DNA of 64,000 bases, taken from Balamuthia mandrillaris (taxonomy: Eukaryota). How positions within the stretch are numbered: the stretch's first letter is position 1; the number at the start of each line of letters is the position of its first letter. Shown piece after piece: positions 31,010-44,364 of the stretch. The stretch lies in contig JAVKOQ020000046.1 of NCBI GenBank assembly GCA_031835245.2, positions 62,001-126,000 on the forward strand, given 5' to 3'. A program made the translations under genes and the position numbers. The notes below the pieces were generated by a model. It was not told where the DNA came from, searched no databases, and saw nothing but the letters and a program-made list of their open reading frames with translations.

Positions 31010-31672
31010 CTTGGCCTTCTTTGCTCTCTTTCTTTTAAACAAAAACATTCAGCCCATCCAAAATCCCCCAAAAAAAAAAGTAGTAATCTTATTTTTTGTT
31101 TGTTTGTTTGTTTTAAAACTAAAATAATAACAGTACCTTTTACGTTCTTGTGTATGTCCGTTGGTTGCGGCGGAGAGAAGAGCGGGCGAGAGAGAGAGCG
31201 GTTGCTACACTCTTTATTATTTTATTCTTTCTTTTTCTTCCTCCCCACTCGGAAGGAAGGGCAAACGGTTTGCGCGTGGTGAAGAGGGAGACTACGCGCT
31301 GCTTTCGACAATGAGGGCGGAATATTTTTTATTTTTTATTTGCAATTATTTTTTGTTTGTTGGGAGAGGAGGCCCGAAATTTGGCCAAACATTTCTTGTT
31401 AATTAACGATAATTTAATTTATGAAGGCCAAATTTTTGGGTGAGGATGATGGTGGGGGGGAGAAGTCTTGGACTTTATTTGCCTTGGAACAGACCTACCT
31501 AAAGGGTAAACACAGCGTGCTGGATCTCATTTTGGTAAGCTTTCGCGAAACATTAAAGACCTGAGGGTACCTCTATGTTGTCCGCTTTTAAGGCGGTCAG
31601 CCACGAAAAGAAAAAATTGCAGTGGAATCTGCTCCAAAATACCCGTTATATCGCCGAACTCCTAAAGAGGAA

Positions 31673-31686
31673 GTAATATATAAAGC
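31673..31686 (+). promoter_or_regulatory. TATA-like box upstream of the microprotein gene
   Basis: taatatataaagc about 85 bp before the ATG at 31768. Confidence 0.4.
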
Positions 31687-31767
31687 AGTTCTTTACTCTC
31701 GCCGCCCATCTCTTCTTTTCCATCCTGCGCTCTTGACCAGAAGCAGAGCTAGAGTAGGCAAACAAGC

Positions 31768-32035
31768 ATGTCCGAGCCAGCCCCTCAACAACCAGCAGAC
31801 CCCGGCCACGCCGGTGGAAAACGTGATGCCATCAAAGGAGGCGCCGGTCGCGTTACTGGCAAAATAGGTTGGTTCCTCTTTCTTATAAGAAACTTTTTCG
31901 TTCTTTCTTCTTTGTCTTGTTAATCTTACTTTTTTTCAAGGACGTGGATTATCAAAGATCAAGAACAAAGGAGAGTCTAAAGTCAAGTCAGACAAAAAGG
32001 AGAAGAAGAAGGAGAAGAAAATAGAAAAGTTTTAG
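31768..32035 (+). CDS. 64-aa basic two-exon microprotein
   Basis: Exon 31768-31867, intron 31868-31940 (gttggt...tttcaag), exon 31941-32035. Translation: MSEPAPQQPADPGHAGGKRDAIKGGAGRVTGKIGRGLSKIKNKGESKVKSDKKEKKKEKKIEKF*. Confidence 0.6.
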
Positions 32036-32289
32036 CTTTTTTGTCACACAAAAGCTGACCAAAAAAAACCCCTCCTTTCCGTTTTTAATATACTTGTGCA
32101 GCGTTTTTTTTTTTTTGGGTGTATTAGTTTTTTTGTGCTTTTGAAGAAAAAGATTCAGCTTAACATGTTTTTTTTTTTATGTTTCGTACTTACGTTACCT
32201 TGTCGTTCTCTCCCCCCTCTCTTCCTCCCACGTAGCTGAACTGTGTTTAGTTTGGCCTCAGCGCTTGTTTTCTCGGGTCGTCACTATAA

Positions 32290-32343
32290 TTTTCCCGCCA
32301 AAATTGTGGCCTATGTTACAACGGTTACACTGAATGTAACGGT
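32290..32343. promoter_or_regulatory. E2F-type site plus two Myb/MSA-like AACGG elements
   Basis: TTTTCCCGCCAAAA at 32290-32303; AACGGTT at 32320; TAACGGT at 32337. Confidence 0.6.
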
Positions 32344-32407
32344 CAGCTTACTGAAAACAAAACAAAAAAAAAAAAAACGACTCGACAAGACCTTTGGTGG
32401 ACATATA

Positions 32408-34452
32408 ATGGAAGAAGTTGTGGACGTGAGGCGTCGTATGGACATCTTGTTCCTGGCCAAGCGCATCGAGTACGAGGAGAGCTTCAACGGCGAGATGCTT
32501 TGGCTGACCGAACTCCGCTCCGAGGTGACCAAGCAGGACAACAAGCAGGCTCTGCTGCAGTCGCCGTGTCTTCCTCTCACCCCTATTACTGCGCAACGTC
32601 GAAAGGAACGTATTCTGCGACGAGAGCAACAGCAACTATGCTTCTCTCCATTTACTCCCATTTATCGCTCTCCCTCTCCGCAAAGAACACACCAGCAACA
32701 TTCTTCGCCTTTCCGTCAACGTTCTCCGAACGTTTCTCCTTCGAACTCTTCTTCTTCTACTTCTTCTTCCTCCTCTTTCTCTTCCTCTTCCTCTGCTTCT
32801 CCTTTTATTGCTTCTCCTGCGATGAAGAGTAGTCCTCGGCGAAGTGTTACATCTCTGGGGCAACGCACATCTCCTTCACCCTGCTCAGCCTCACCTCTTT
32901 GCCGAACCTCTCATGCCCACAAGCTTTGCTCTACTGCTTCTCGTTCTCTCTTTGGTCCAACTCAAGCTAACAACAAAAGAACTCCCTCTGCTCAACACAA
33001 CGCTCATAGAAGAGGGTCTGCTTCCTCTTCTTCTTCACAGCAAACAAGTCCCAGCAATCAGAAGATGAAGACTTTATCTTCTCAACAACGACGAATGCGA
33101 CCAACAGAAAACGAAGGAGGAGGCGAAGAGGAATGGGAAGAAGAAGTACCAGAAGACTCTCCGGTAAGACACCGTTTGGCCAAGGAGAGGCGCCTCAGCG
33201 AAGCAGAAAGAAGAACCATGCCTGATGCAGAAGAAGAGGAGGAAGTGGAAAAACGACGAAGATCTTCTGAAGTGATGCTGAAGGAACGTCTTTCAAAACA
33301 ACAACAGGAAGAAAGTGAAAAACCCTCCGTGGACGAAGCTGTTAAAAGAGCTAAACAAAGAGCACGAGAAAGAATACATCAACAGCAGCAACGGAACAGC
33401 CCTTCCTCCCCTGCTTCTCCATTGAACAAGAAGATCTCTCTTTCGGCAAGATTGAGAGGAGTGATGAAAGGACAACAACCAGCAGAGCGAAGCCCGATGG
33501 ATGTCAACCGACTGTTGAACCACCAAAAGGACCTCAAGAGAGCTTTCGAGGAGGCTGTTAAACAGGCCGATAGAAGAGAGGAAGAAATGGAGCGCAGAGA
33601 AAGAGAGTTGGATGAAATGGTTCTAACGATGAAACAATTGTTGGAACGGAGAAAAGCTTACGCAAAGGACGAGGACGAAGAAGAGGATGATGAGGAAGAT
33701 AGTTCTTCTTTTGAGAAGGAGAAGGAGGAGAGAAGAGAAAGAAAGAGAGATTCTTCCGGCCTTTCCAAACATTCAATGCAACAAGAAGAACCGAACGAAG
33801 CAACAAAAGCAAAAGCAGATGAAGAACGAGCTTCTTCTTCTCCTTTCAAACGACAAAAACGAGCTTCAGCAGTTGTGGTCTGGAGAGGAGAGACCGAGCA
33901 AGATCTTCGTCGACGCCAGCAAAGAGAACGCGCCGCAGCAGCTCAAAGACTTTACGGACTGGACGCCGAACTGGCCCACAAAGCAAAGCAACAGATGGAG
34001 CCAGAGAGGGTGAAAGCTGCCCTTCGTTGGGTCTATCAGGTGGCCAAAAGGCCCTTGCCGAAGGAGGGCTTCTCCCCGAGCGATCTGTTGACTCTGGATT
34101 GTCTGAAGAGCGGAAAGCTGTTGTGTGCTGTGGCGAACGCCATTCGGCCGGGCATCATCCCAAGAGTGAACCAACGTCCGATTCCTTTGATGGAGAGAGT
34201 ATGTTTGCTCTCTTCTTCTTCTTTTCTTCTCTTCTGTGTAGCTGACCATTTCTTTTGTTGCTCTTTCCATCTCTGTAGGAGAATCTTCAACTGTATTTGG
34301 CAGCGTGTGTGAAGATGGGTCTTCGTACTTCGGACTTGTTTACGGTGAGCGATCTCTACGAAGACAAGTATCCAAACGCCGTCTTACATCACATCGGCGC
34401 TATATCTCGTCTTGCCTCGTCTTGCTCTTCCTTCAAAGGACCTCGTCTTTAA
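32408..34452 (+). CDS. Protein with INCENP-N-like N-terminal helix, SP-rich region, coiled coil and C-terminal calponin-homology (CH) domain
   Basis: CH domain: ALRWV...LKSGKLLCAVANAIRPGIIPRVN...MER|ENLQLYLAACVKMGL..SDLFTVSDLYE.K.PNAVL. One intron at ~34199-34278. The CH call is solid; the INCENP-N resemblance is weak. Confidence 0.78.
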
Positions 34453-34580
34453 CTTTCTTCACTTCTCTCTTTGTTTTTTTAAATCTCTTCTCTTTAACTT
34501 GAGAAGAAAAAATGGATCTGAAATGTACTTCTTTTTCTTTTTTATGTTTTCTCTTCTTCTCTTTTCTCTTAAAGAGTGTG

Positions 34581-35126
34581 TTATTGTTTTGGAGTACGAA
34601 CCATTCGAGCCCGTTTTGGGTCAGTGTGACAACAGCGTTGACCTTCTGCTTTGGCTTCTTCCAACCACGAACGAATGTTCTTGATGCGCGTGTTGGAACT
34701 TGGGTGGGTGGAAAGAAACTGAGCGGGAGAAGCTTGAGCCTCGTTCATTCGTTCCCACAAGCGAATTGAAACGGATGGATCGTAGCAAGCTCTTGCCATT
34801 AACATCAGTCTAAAAAGAGATACTAAATTAAGTAGTCTATACAAAAGAGAAGAGGAGAAGACTTACCCGATGTAGTCAGCCTCTTGTTCGAGTTTTCTGG
34901 AGAAGGGGAGAGTGACAACCAGCTCTTCAAACTATAGAACCAGTCAATTAAGAGGGGTTGGAAACAAATGAAGCTTCTTTTGTATTGCAGAAGAGAAACA
35001 AACCATTCCAACAGCCATGTCTTGGCGAACAAAAAATGATAAAATGAAGGATACCAACCGCTGAACTCTCATTTTACTCCATCTCTCGCCTCCATGTCCT
35101 TTGGTAAACATACGGTTAGAGAGAGA

Positions 35127-35166
<40 letters not shown>

Positions 35167-35706
35167 TGAAAAACAAACTTGCAACAACGTGTCCAATTTC
35201 ATGAGCCAAGACGGAGGCAAGCCCGTCTTCATCTTGTACAATGGGAAGTATTCCAGTGAATACACATACTTTACCACCTGGAAAAACGACTGCGTTTGCT
35301 ATATCATCTCTTGCTATCACCTTGTTTGTAGGGAAAGAAAAAGATACGCATGAGCGCACGGAACTAAAGTAATGATGATAGAGAGACAAAATGTGGAGTG
35401 AGTACAATGAATTCCCAATCATAATGAGAAAGAGCAGCAGCTTGTACGATCCTCATCCCAACGCTTTTAACTTGTTTTACAGTCTATAAACAAGAAATAT
35501 TGTTACAAGGAAGAAAAAAAGGACAGAAGCAAGAAGAGAGGAAGGCATTGTAATACCGGATGAGTGGGCGGAAGGATCTTGTTTGCAAATGCTCGTTTTG
35601 CCTCTTCGAAGGCGGCTAAACCAAGCCGCTGTTCTTCTGCTATGCTGACGTCCATCATCCTTGTCCTCCCTTTGGGAAGTACATGTCAAAGTTCAGTTTC
35701 GGCAAG

Positions 35707-35762
<56 letters not shown>

Positions 35763-36379
35763 AAGAGAGAAACGACAAGAAAGAAACGACAAGAAAGAAA
35801 CGAAAAGAGAGAACGAGAACAGAACAGAGAAGAAGAAGAACCAACGCACCGGTCATGGCGACAGTATCGCGATAGTACATATAATAAGCGGTGGAGACAA
35901 GGGGCACGCCGATGAGCCCAGTCCCGCCGAGGAGCCAAAGCCACAACGGCGCTTTCTTTACTTGGCGCCAAAAACTGCTTTTCTTTGCTGAAAGGAAGAG
36001 AGAGTGGAGAGAAGAAAGAGAGAAGAGAGAGATGAGGGTTAAAAAAAACAAACGAAGACGAAAAGAAGTTCGTGGTACCATGTTTTTGGGAATGGTTGGG
36101 TCCAAAGTAAGCGGAGCAGTAGGAAGCTTTTGCCAAGGAGGGAAGCAAAGGTCTGCCACCGCTGCTACGGAGGCGAACGCTGCCGCGACTCAGGTGAGCT
36201 TCCCCTTCCGCAAAGGCAAAACGGTGCAAAGCTCTTCTCCCACCAAACAGAATCGGAGGAGGAGAGTAACGTGGCGATGGGAGACTGAACGGCCGAGGAG
36301 AGGAGCTTTTTGCAAAGCCTGGCCTCCCGAACACCGCGTGGAGCAGCCCCCTCCGAGAGCCCACGCTCTTCGTCGCCAT
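34581..36379 (-). CDS. OMA1: OMA1-like peptidase M48 zinc metalloprotease with mitochondrial-type presequence
   Basis: NAVVFPGGKVCVFTGIL, LASVLAHEIGH (HExxH), PFSRKLEQEADYIG, MARACYDP, FLSTHPS. Confidence 0.88.
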
Positions 36380-37452
36380 CGTCTTGCGCTTTTCTCTCTT
36401 GCTGGGCTTCTCTCGGTTCCCGTGTCGACACGCAATAAAAATTGATAATTGTCGATAAATTACGCGGAAAAATTTTGAACAGCATTCGCCGCGGCGATTG
36501 GTCGACACACAACAATAATTTTCATTTTATTGGCGGAAAAATTCCTTAAACTGAAATTTTTGGAATTTTTCATCTGTTGTTGGTCGACACGTATTGCTGC
36601 ACTGAACGGTGGAGATAAAGAAAAGTTTTACAAAGGAAGGACTCTCTCTCTCTAGGTTCTTCGTTCCCTTCAGGACGCGGGTGCTTTGAGGTGTTTTTTT
36701 TTAAGCAGCACGAGGCGCTCTCTCTCGCTCGCTCTTGGTGCGCCGGTTTCATCCTCTGTTTTTTTTTTCATTTGTGGGGTGATAGAGAATTATTATCGCT
36801 CCTTTTTAATTATTATTTCAACTTGAAAACAAAAAATAAGGTGGAAAAAACACACACACGAACACCTCCTTACGATATTTTTGTTTTTGTTTTGGCAGAG
36901 GCTGCACACCATCCGCCGCTGCTACGTTATTTTTTCTACCGACCGGTCAACCTCTTCAACACAAAAAAACTAAAAAAAAGTAGCAGCCCGTTTCTTTTTA
37001 TCTCGAAGGATTAGAATCCATCAAGGCGCCGGTAAGTTTTCCCATTCTTCTTCTTCTTCTTCTTGTTTTTTTGTCCGGGCAGTTTGCCACCCTGTGTGTG
37101 TTTTTTTTTTTCAAAAGATGTTTTTTTTTTTCCATCGTCATCAGAGTTGAAAGTAATCCGAGATTTCGATTGGTTTTTTTGAAACTGTGGAACGAACGTT
37201 TAGGGAAAAAAAGAGAGACCCGAGGAGAAAGGCGGTGGAGAGGAGGTGGAAGCGTAAGAGAAGCGTCGTGTAGATAGATATTTATTTCTTTTCGTTTTGG
37301 AAAAGAGAAGAGAACAGAAAGTTTGAACTTGCGCCAAGTCCCTGTTGAAAAAAGAAGAAAACAAGAGAGCGTTAAAACGGTTTGAAGGAAGGAAAAAAAG
37401 CTAGCAAGAAAGGAGCCAAAAAAAAAAACCAGCTGCATCAACCCATCATCAA

Positions 37453-39742
37453 ATGAGCAGTAACGGCACAACTACAACAGCAACAACGATGCCTCCCACG
37501 ACAACCACCGCAATCAACTGTACCAACAACAACACCACCACCGCCAAGGCAACGCCTCCAGCGCGCAAATCATCACACAACCAACCCAGGAAGGAGCCCA
37601 GCACGGCCACCTGCTTGGCAAACGGCAATGGCTGCAGCAACAAGCCGCCTAAAGAAGTGAAACTGGTGGCTGGCCAAAAGGGAAAACTCCTCAAAGGCAA
37701 ACTGTTTTACAAACCCGTTAAAAGTGGTACCAATCACCAACTCATTCTCTGTCTCTTCTCTTTCCCTGACTGGACTGAGTCAAAAAACTTATTTAATTTT
37801 ACGATAAATAGATGCAACAGAGAAAGAGTTTTATACAGAGCTTATCAACAACGAGTTCGCGGCATTGAAGCCATACGTACTGCCGTTCCATGGCGTGGAG
37901 AAGTTAACGGTCTTCACCAATGGAAGCGGAGATGTGGTGCGTGTGCGCAACGGAGAAGAGATCATGATGGGTGCAGCAGCACCCCAGTCAAAAAAAGAAC
38001 AAACAGAAGTGAGCGAAGAGCGAGAGTATCTCGTTTTTGAAAACATCTTTCATTCTTACGAAAAACCAGGTTTGCTTCTATTTCTTGCTTTCTTGTCATT
38101 TCATTTGTCAATTCTGTTTCTTTCCTGTTTCTTCTTTATACTTTTGAAGTATAAAATTTCTTTCTTTTGTTATCCTTTTATTCGGTCTCTTTCTTCTTTT
38201 TTTTGTTTTGGATATTTCGTTATGGTCGTTTGTTTGCTTATCTTTCTTTAAACTCGTTAAAAAAACAACAAATAGCACTGATCGACATAAAAGTTGGACT
38301 CCCCTCCAAACAACTTAAAAAAGAACTCCGCCTCAGTAACGGTGACTCACAACACAAAGAACACCAAGAAGCAGAGCCACTTCCTCGCGAGAGCGCGGCT
38401 AATCTCTTGCGCTGCTTCATCCACGGTGTAGAGTGCGACAAGCTCGTCTTCCGCAACCACGTCAACGAGTATCAGGGCAAGCTAATGCCCTTGGAGCATT
38501 TCGACAGGACGTTACGACTCTTTCTTAGCAAAATGGGACCTCAACCGGAGCTCATCACCAAGTTGCATTCTCTCATTGGAGTATTGCAGGAGTTTAAGAG
38601 CGGAGAGCGATTTGCCAGCACTTCCCTATTGTTGACCTTTGATCAGGCGGAGGGACGCCCCCCTATGCCGAAGCTGTATCTCATCGACTTTGAGCGCCTT
38701 CTCACTGCGGAGGAACAAACTCCCGATGAAGATGTCATTCGTGCTTTGAGACAGGTTTGGTTTTGTTTTTTTTTAGTCTTTGTCTTTTAAAGTTATTGAC
38801 AATACACCAAAAGGTGCTATTGACGATGAGAACGGAGTGGGGAGAGAAAGTACCTACCGTCTACCTCGTTCGTCACGGTGAACGTTACGACTATACCGAC
38901 GTGGTTCGTTTCTTCTTTCTGCTTATTTTTTAGTGTTTAAAACTTAAACACTAAATAACTTTTTAAAAAAGAACTGGGCACCGAAAGCAACACATCCTCA
39001 CGACTCTCATCTCTCGGAAGCAGGCACCTCCCAAGCCTACGACCTCGTGGACCGCCTCTGCATCGCCAACCCTCACCTCATCGTGAGCTCCCCCTTCCAA
39101 CGCGCCGTTCTCTTTGCCGAGCCCTTGGCTCGTCGCCTCCGCCGTAAGATCGCCATAGAGCCCGGAATATGCGAGTTTCTCTGCAAGAAGACGAGGAAGC
39201 GGGTGCCGAACTTCATCAGCGAGGAGGTATCCGTCTCTCCCTGGGTGGACACGGAGTATGAACCCTTTTGGCCCACTCTCGAGCTAGAGGCCTGGGAAGA
39301 CGTGTTCATGCGGACCAAACGAACACTCGAGCACCTTTTGCAGCTGTGTGAAGGCAAAGGTGACCTCGTCATAGTTTCCCACCGCTCCACCTTGCAAACC
39401 ATAGTGGCTGCCCTGTTGCAATCCAACACGCGCAGTCCCGTGGACTTTGACACCAAGTTGGAGTACGGAGCCATGGCCACGCTGTACAAGGATTTGGATG
39501 GGGAGTGGTTGGTGCACAGCTTCAACGAGTTGAGGTATCTGAGGTACAAGATAAAGAGCCCCTCGTCGAATCCCTGGAGGCACATAGAGGGCTACTACGA
39601 GGACCTCGATTGGAGCTGCTATAAGAGCACGTCGCAGATGGCGCAGACGCCGCATCATAAGGAGAATAACAAGGAAGAGGAGGATGAGGAGACGAAAGAG
39701 GTAACTGCGAATGGCGAGATGAATGGCCACCACCACAGTTAA
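37453..39742 (+). CDS. Inositol polyphosphate kinase (IPK/IPMK fold) fused to a histidine phosphatase (phosphoglycerate mutase-like, branch 1)
   Basis: Spliced kinase motifs VAG, YLVFEN, P|ALIDIKVG (PxxxDxKxG), SLLL, LIDFE. These continue in frame to VYLVRHGERYD, DSHLSEAG..QA, SSPFQRA, IEPGICE, LVIVSH. Confidence 0.85.
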
Positions 39743-39839
39743 GTCTTAAAAAAATGTTTGTCCTTTTCTCTTCATTTTGTTTTGTGGTTTTTTTTCCTTC
39801 TCTTTTTCTGTTGGAAGAATCCCTTCTTTTGTTTTTATT

Positions 39840-39877
<38 letters not shown>

Positions 39878-39922
39878 CATATCTGCTTCTTGTTGTTCTC
39901 TTCTCTGCTGCTTGTTTTTTTT

Positions 39923-42900
39923 TTACTCCATCATCATCGCCATCATCGAGCTCGCCGTGGCGGAGGACCGTCGTCGGCGGCTTCTCAACTCCCTCAGCTG
40001 CCCCCTCCTCTCATCCTTCTTTTCTTTCGTCAGCACGACAAGCCCTTTGTCCTGCAGGTCCTGCTGGATGGCGCGCAACCTCTCCACGAGCCGACGCAGC
40101 TTGGCCGCGCCCATCCGCTGGGCGGGAATGCCAAAGATATCGTTGCCGGTGGTGGGGTCCTCCCCGCAGGCCACAAAGCCCATCTCTTTCATGATGCGCG
40201 AGACCCAGCGGTTCTGCAGGATGACGTACTCGTCCACGTCTTGCACAAAGCTGCCTGGCTTGGCTCGAATGGCAAAGACTTTGTTCTTCTTGCTTTGAGA
40301 GGCGTTCTTTTGTTTTGTTGGTTTGGGGTGGAGGAGTGAGAGGGAGGCATTGACAACGGAAGGCGAAAAAGAAGAACAGCAAACCTGTTGGCGGAGACGA
40401 ATGCAGGCTTCTATTTTTTGGCAGAGGAAGGAGACAGCGGCGGGACCTTCCGGCTCTTCCAACAGTTTGTGAAGCTTGTGACGAAGCATGCTTCCTGCTT
40501 TCTCGCTTTCGCTCTCGCTCTCGTTCTCGCTTTGGCTTTGGCTGTCGCTCTGACCCGAAGCATCGTCGTCGTTTTCACTTTCAGACGCGCTCTTTTCCTC
40601 TGCTTCCTCCTCTTTTTCTTGTTCAGAGTCTGAGCCAGAGTCGGAGTATACTTCCACAGCCTTCTTTTGCAGTCTCTTCTTCTTCGTTTCTTTCGCTTTT
40701 TTCTTTGTCTGCTTCTTCTTTGCTTCATTCAATCTTTCCTCTTCTTCATCAATACGTCTTTGTGCTAAAGAAGCGCCCTTTTGCTTTTGGTTCTTCTTCG
40801 TTGTGCTGCTCGTTCTTTGCTTCTTCCTCATTTGTTTACGCTCCTTCCGTTGTTGTTCTTCATCGGAAGATCCAGACCCCGAATCGTTCTCTTCCTCGTC
40901 TTCATACGTCTCCCTTCTCCGTTTCTTTGTGGGAGGAGCAGAAGGTTCGACCTCTGTCGTCTTTCTCATGCCACTACTCTTCCTCAACTTTGTCAACCGT
41001 CGTTTCTTTTGGTTCGCTTTTTCTGCTTCTTCCTCGCTGCTGCTCAAGGATTCCATCAAACTTGCTGCATCTTCCTCTTCTTTGTAGGTCTCTCCTTTAT
41101 TCTCCTTTTCTTGCTTTTCTTCTTCCTTCGCTTCCTCTTCTTCCTCTTCTTCCTCTTCTTCCTCAACTTGGTCTTCCTCTTCTTGTTGTTTGTGTTCTCG
41201 TTCTTTCTGCTTCTCTTCAACATAATCTGCGTCGTCGCTATCCATTCTTTTGCCATCATCAACAACAAAGCCATCATCACCTTTGGACAAAGTAGATGAA
41301 GATGAAGCTAGCGAAGAAGAACCATCCCTCTGAAGTTGTTGCAAAGCTTGAGCTCCTTCCAGACTCAACAGCTCCACATCATAGCGATTCTTCGCAAAGA
41401 TCAGATGCAAATAAAGCTCCTTATCATTGCTGCACAGTTGAAAGAATGACTTGGCCACAAAGTTCGCAAACGAGAAAAGAGCTTTATGTGCTGCTCTCTC
41501 TCGAGTGGAACTTAGCGACTCCGTGTTGTTGAGAATGTCAGAGAAGAGGGCGAGCACCGAGAGCGAGTAGAAGAGAGCCCTGAAACGGTCTCCATAGTCC
41601 ACTGCCAATCGATGAAAGAGCTTGACGATGTGATGGTTGGTGGCTTTGCTGTTGAAGGTCTGCCATCCACGCAGCAGCAAACAATAGTTTTTGATGACTT
41701 TGGAGCTGCCCAACGATGCCACAATCCTCTCAAAGTCCAAACGCTCCTCCGTGAATCCACCTTCTTCTCCTTCCTCCATTTGCATTCTGTTCATCTTCTT
41801 CTTGCTTTGATGGCTCGCTTCGCCATACTCATCGTCTTCGTCAAAAGTGTTTATCTCGTCCATAGCAAAACCAACCCGATCGCCGCTCGTCGCTTTGGCT
41901 TTTCTTCTTACAAAGACGTTACCTCCGTATCTGGAAGCATAGTTCTCCGTCAATCGAAGACAAACATGGATCGCCTCCACCACTTCATTGAAGAAGGTGA
42001 GGCTTTGAAGTTTCGGGTTGAAGGTCTTGGCCAGTTTGACAAAGACATCGGTGAAGAGATCTTGAGCAAAGATGATTTTGCTTTGCAAGGTCTTGCTCCA
42101 AGTTACTGAACTCGGTTCCTCTTCCATCGCTGTCGTTGCTACCAACTGTTGGAAAAAAGGAATAAGAAAAGAGAAACGAGCCAAGAAGGGCAAAGAAGAG
42201 AGACAAACCAGTTCTTTCAAGGCAGAGACAGAAGTGGCAAGGGCGTCCCAATTCTTGTCCTCCAAAAACGTCGAGACTTGATTCGAAGTCCACACAAACG
42301 TTTCAAAGTCAAGGGTGTCGCTCACAGGACCCAACAAGAATGTTTGCTTTCTTCTTTGCTTCCCTTCGTCCTCTTCTCCGTCTTCCTTTTCTTTTTCCTT
42401 CTCCTCCTCTTCTTCGTCTTCCTCCTCTTCTTCCTCTTTCTTTACGAGAAACGCAGAGAAGGCGGAACTAGCTGCATTCTCTTGAGTTTTGTTGTAACGC
42501 AGAGCAAGGCGTTGGTAACCTACAAAGAAGCGAATGGCCCATAGGTAATGCAGCTTGTCACTTCTCATTACGTCCGGAGAGCCGCTATCCAGCTGCTCTC
42601 TTACACTGGTCATTAAACCTTTTCAAAACAAACACTCGATGTTAAAAAGAAAGAGAGGAGGGAGGAGCGAGAAGAGAGACAAGACACATACGATTGTAAC
42701 AGCCATTTTGAAGAACCTCATCCACAAACGTCTTCAACAAAAGCTTCGTCTCCAGACTGGTAGCTGAATGCAAGGCCGCGTCCTTTCGATACCTCTTCCG
42801 CTGCCTGCCCGGCGTTCTCTCCTCATCTCCTTCCTTTAGTCTCTTCATCAACGCTCCAACTCTGCTGTCCATCACTTCAGCTGCCGTTTTGTTGTATATC

Positions 42901-44301
42901 ATCTTTTGAACAACCACGTTTGGCTTCTCGTTGTTATTGGGTTCATTGTTGTTGGTGACGGTGTTGGTTTTCTTCTCAAAGTAAAAGGTGCCGCCGAAAC
43001 GAGAGTGACGTTGAGGGGGAAGAACAGAGCGAGAAGAGCGGGAGCGTTTCTCTTCTAGCAGAGCGGCGGAGAGGCGATTGGAGAGAACCAACTTACGAGC
43101 CTCGTCCAAGATGATCTCTCGAATGTCGCTTTCCTCGGATTCTTGCTCGCTTGACAGTTGCTGTTTAAGATAAAAGAAAACATGTTAAAAAGAAGAGAAG
43201 AAAGAGCAGGAAAGAAAGAGAAATACCGAAGACTCTTCTTTTTTAGCAAGAACGGAAGCGGAGAGAGCAAACTGTTTCCACAAAAGCTCAGGACTCTCCT
43301 TGCGCAACAGCAAATGCACAATCTCCAACAACAAAAAGTTCCACTTCTCATTCTCCTCGCTGTCGATCGACTGCATCAACATCATCAACATCTCTAAAAC
43401 GTTTTCCTGATGAGAGGAGAGAGAACAAGTGAGAACGATGGCACAGACAAAAAAATAAAGCAGTAAAGATACCTTTTGAAAGGCTTGAACGAGCTGATCG
43501 TGCATACGACTCAAATGGTCAGCAGCAGAGGCCTCTGAGACAGGCGCATCTTCCACCAACAACAAGTTCTTCAACAGGTGCAACGCCAGCTCGATCCTTC
43601 TCTCGTCGCTTCCCGTTCCCGTTCGATCCTCCAAGGGACGAAGGAGGAGCGTCATCAGCGCCTTCGTGCCTTGTTGAGCGATGAAGGCGGCCTTGGCCTC
43701 CTGCATGTAAGGAAGGTGCATCGTTTGCACCGAGAGGTTGTTGGGAGGGAGCGGCAGGGTGACCATGACCAAGAGCTTGAGCAATGCTTCCGCCCATCGA
43801 CTCCATTCTTCTTGCTTTTGCTCCTCTACTTCTTCTTGTTCTTCGTCCATTCCTTCTGTTGTTTCGAGAGCAGAGGAAGAAGCGATGAGAGAGCTAACGA
43901 CGTTCAGCAGAGGAAGAAGGTGTTCGCTGACGAGTTTCCATTTGCCTAGTTGGAGGGAGCACTCTCTTGTCTCGACCGATTCTCTCCTCAAGAATCGGAT
44001 TAGCTCTTTTAGATATTCTTATTATTTTGAAAGCAGAACTGATAAGCCAAACGAAATGCAAAGAAGAAAAAGAAGAAGGAGAAGAAGGAAAAAACAAGAG
44101 AAAAAACGAACCAATACAGTCTTCCGCCGAAATATATTTTCCTTCCTCACGATCAAAGTAACCTAATCCTTCGACGTAAGACAACAGCTCCGTCTGAATA
44201 TGCACGTCCAAGCTGAGATCCATTCCTCCCGCTTGTTGTTGCTGTTTCTGCATCTCGCTCCTACTGCCTCTCTGGCGCAAGTCCGCCACCGACTCGCTCA
44301 T
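39923..44301 (-). CDS. TIMELESS: Timeless/Tof1/Swi1 replication fork protection protein
   Basis: LG..E.GKY...EDC, LG.WKLV..HLLPLL, LLKLLVMVTLP, RHSRFGGTF, NH.IVKLFHRLA; acidic/basic tail. Confidence 0.88.
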
Positions 44302-44364
44302 CTTTTCTTATTTTCCTTACACTTTCAATTCCTAATTTTTTTTTGAAGTTTTGTCGTTATCATG

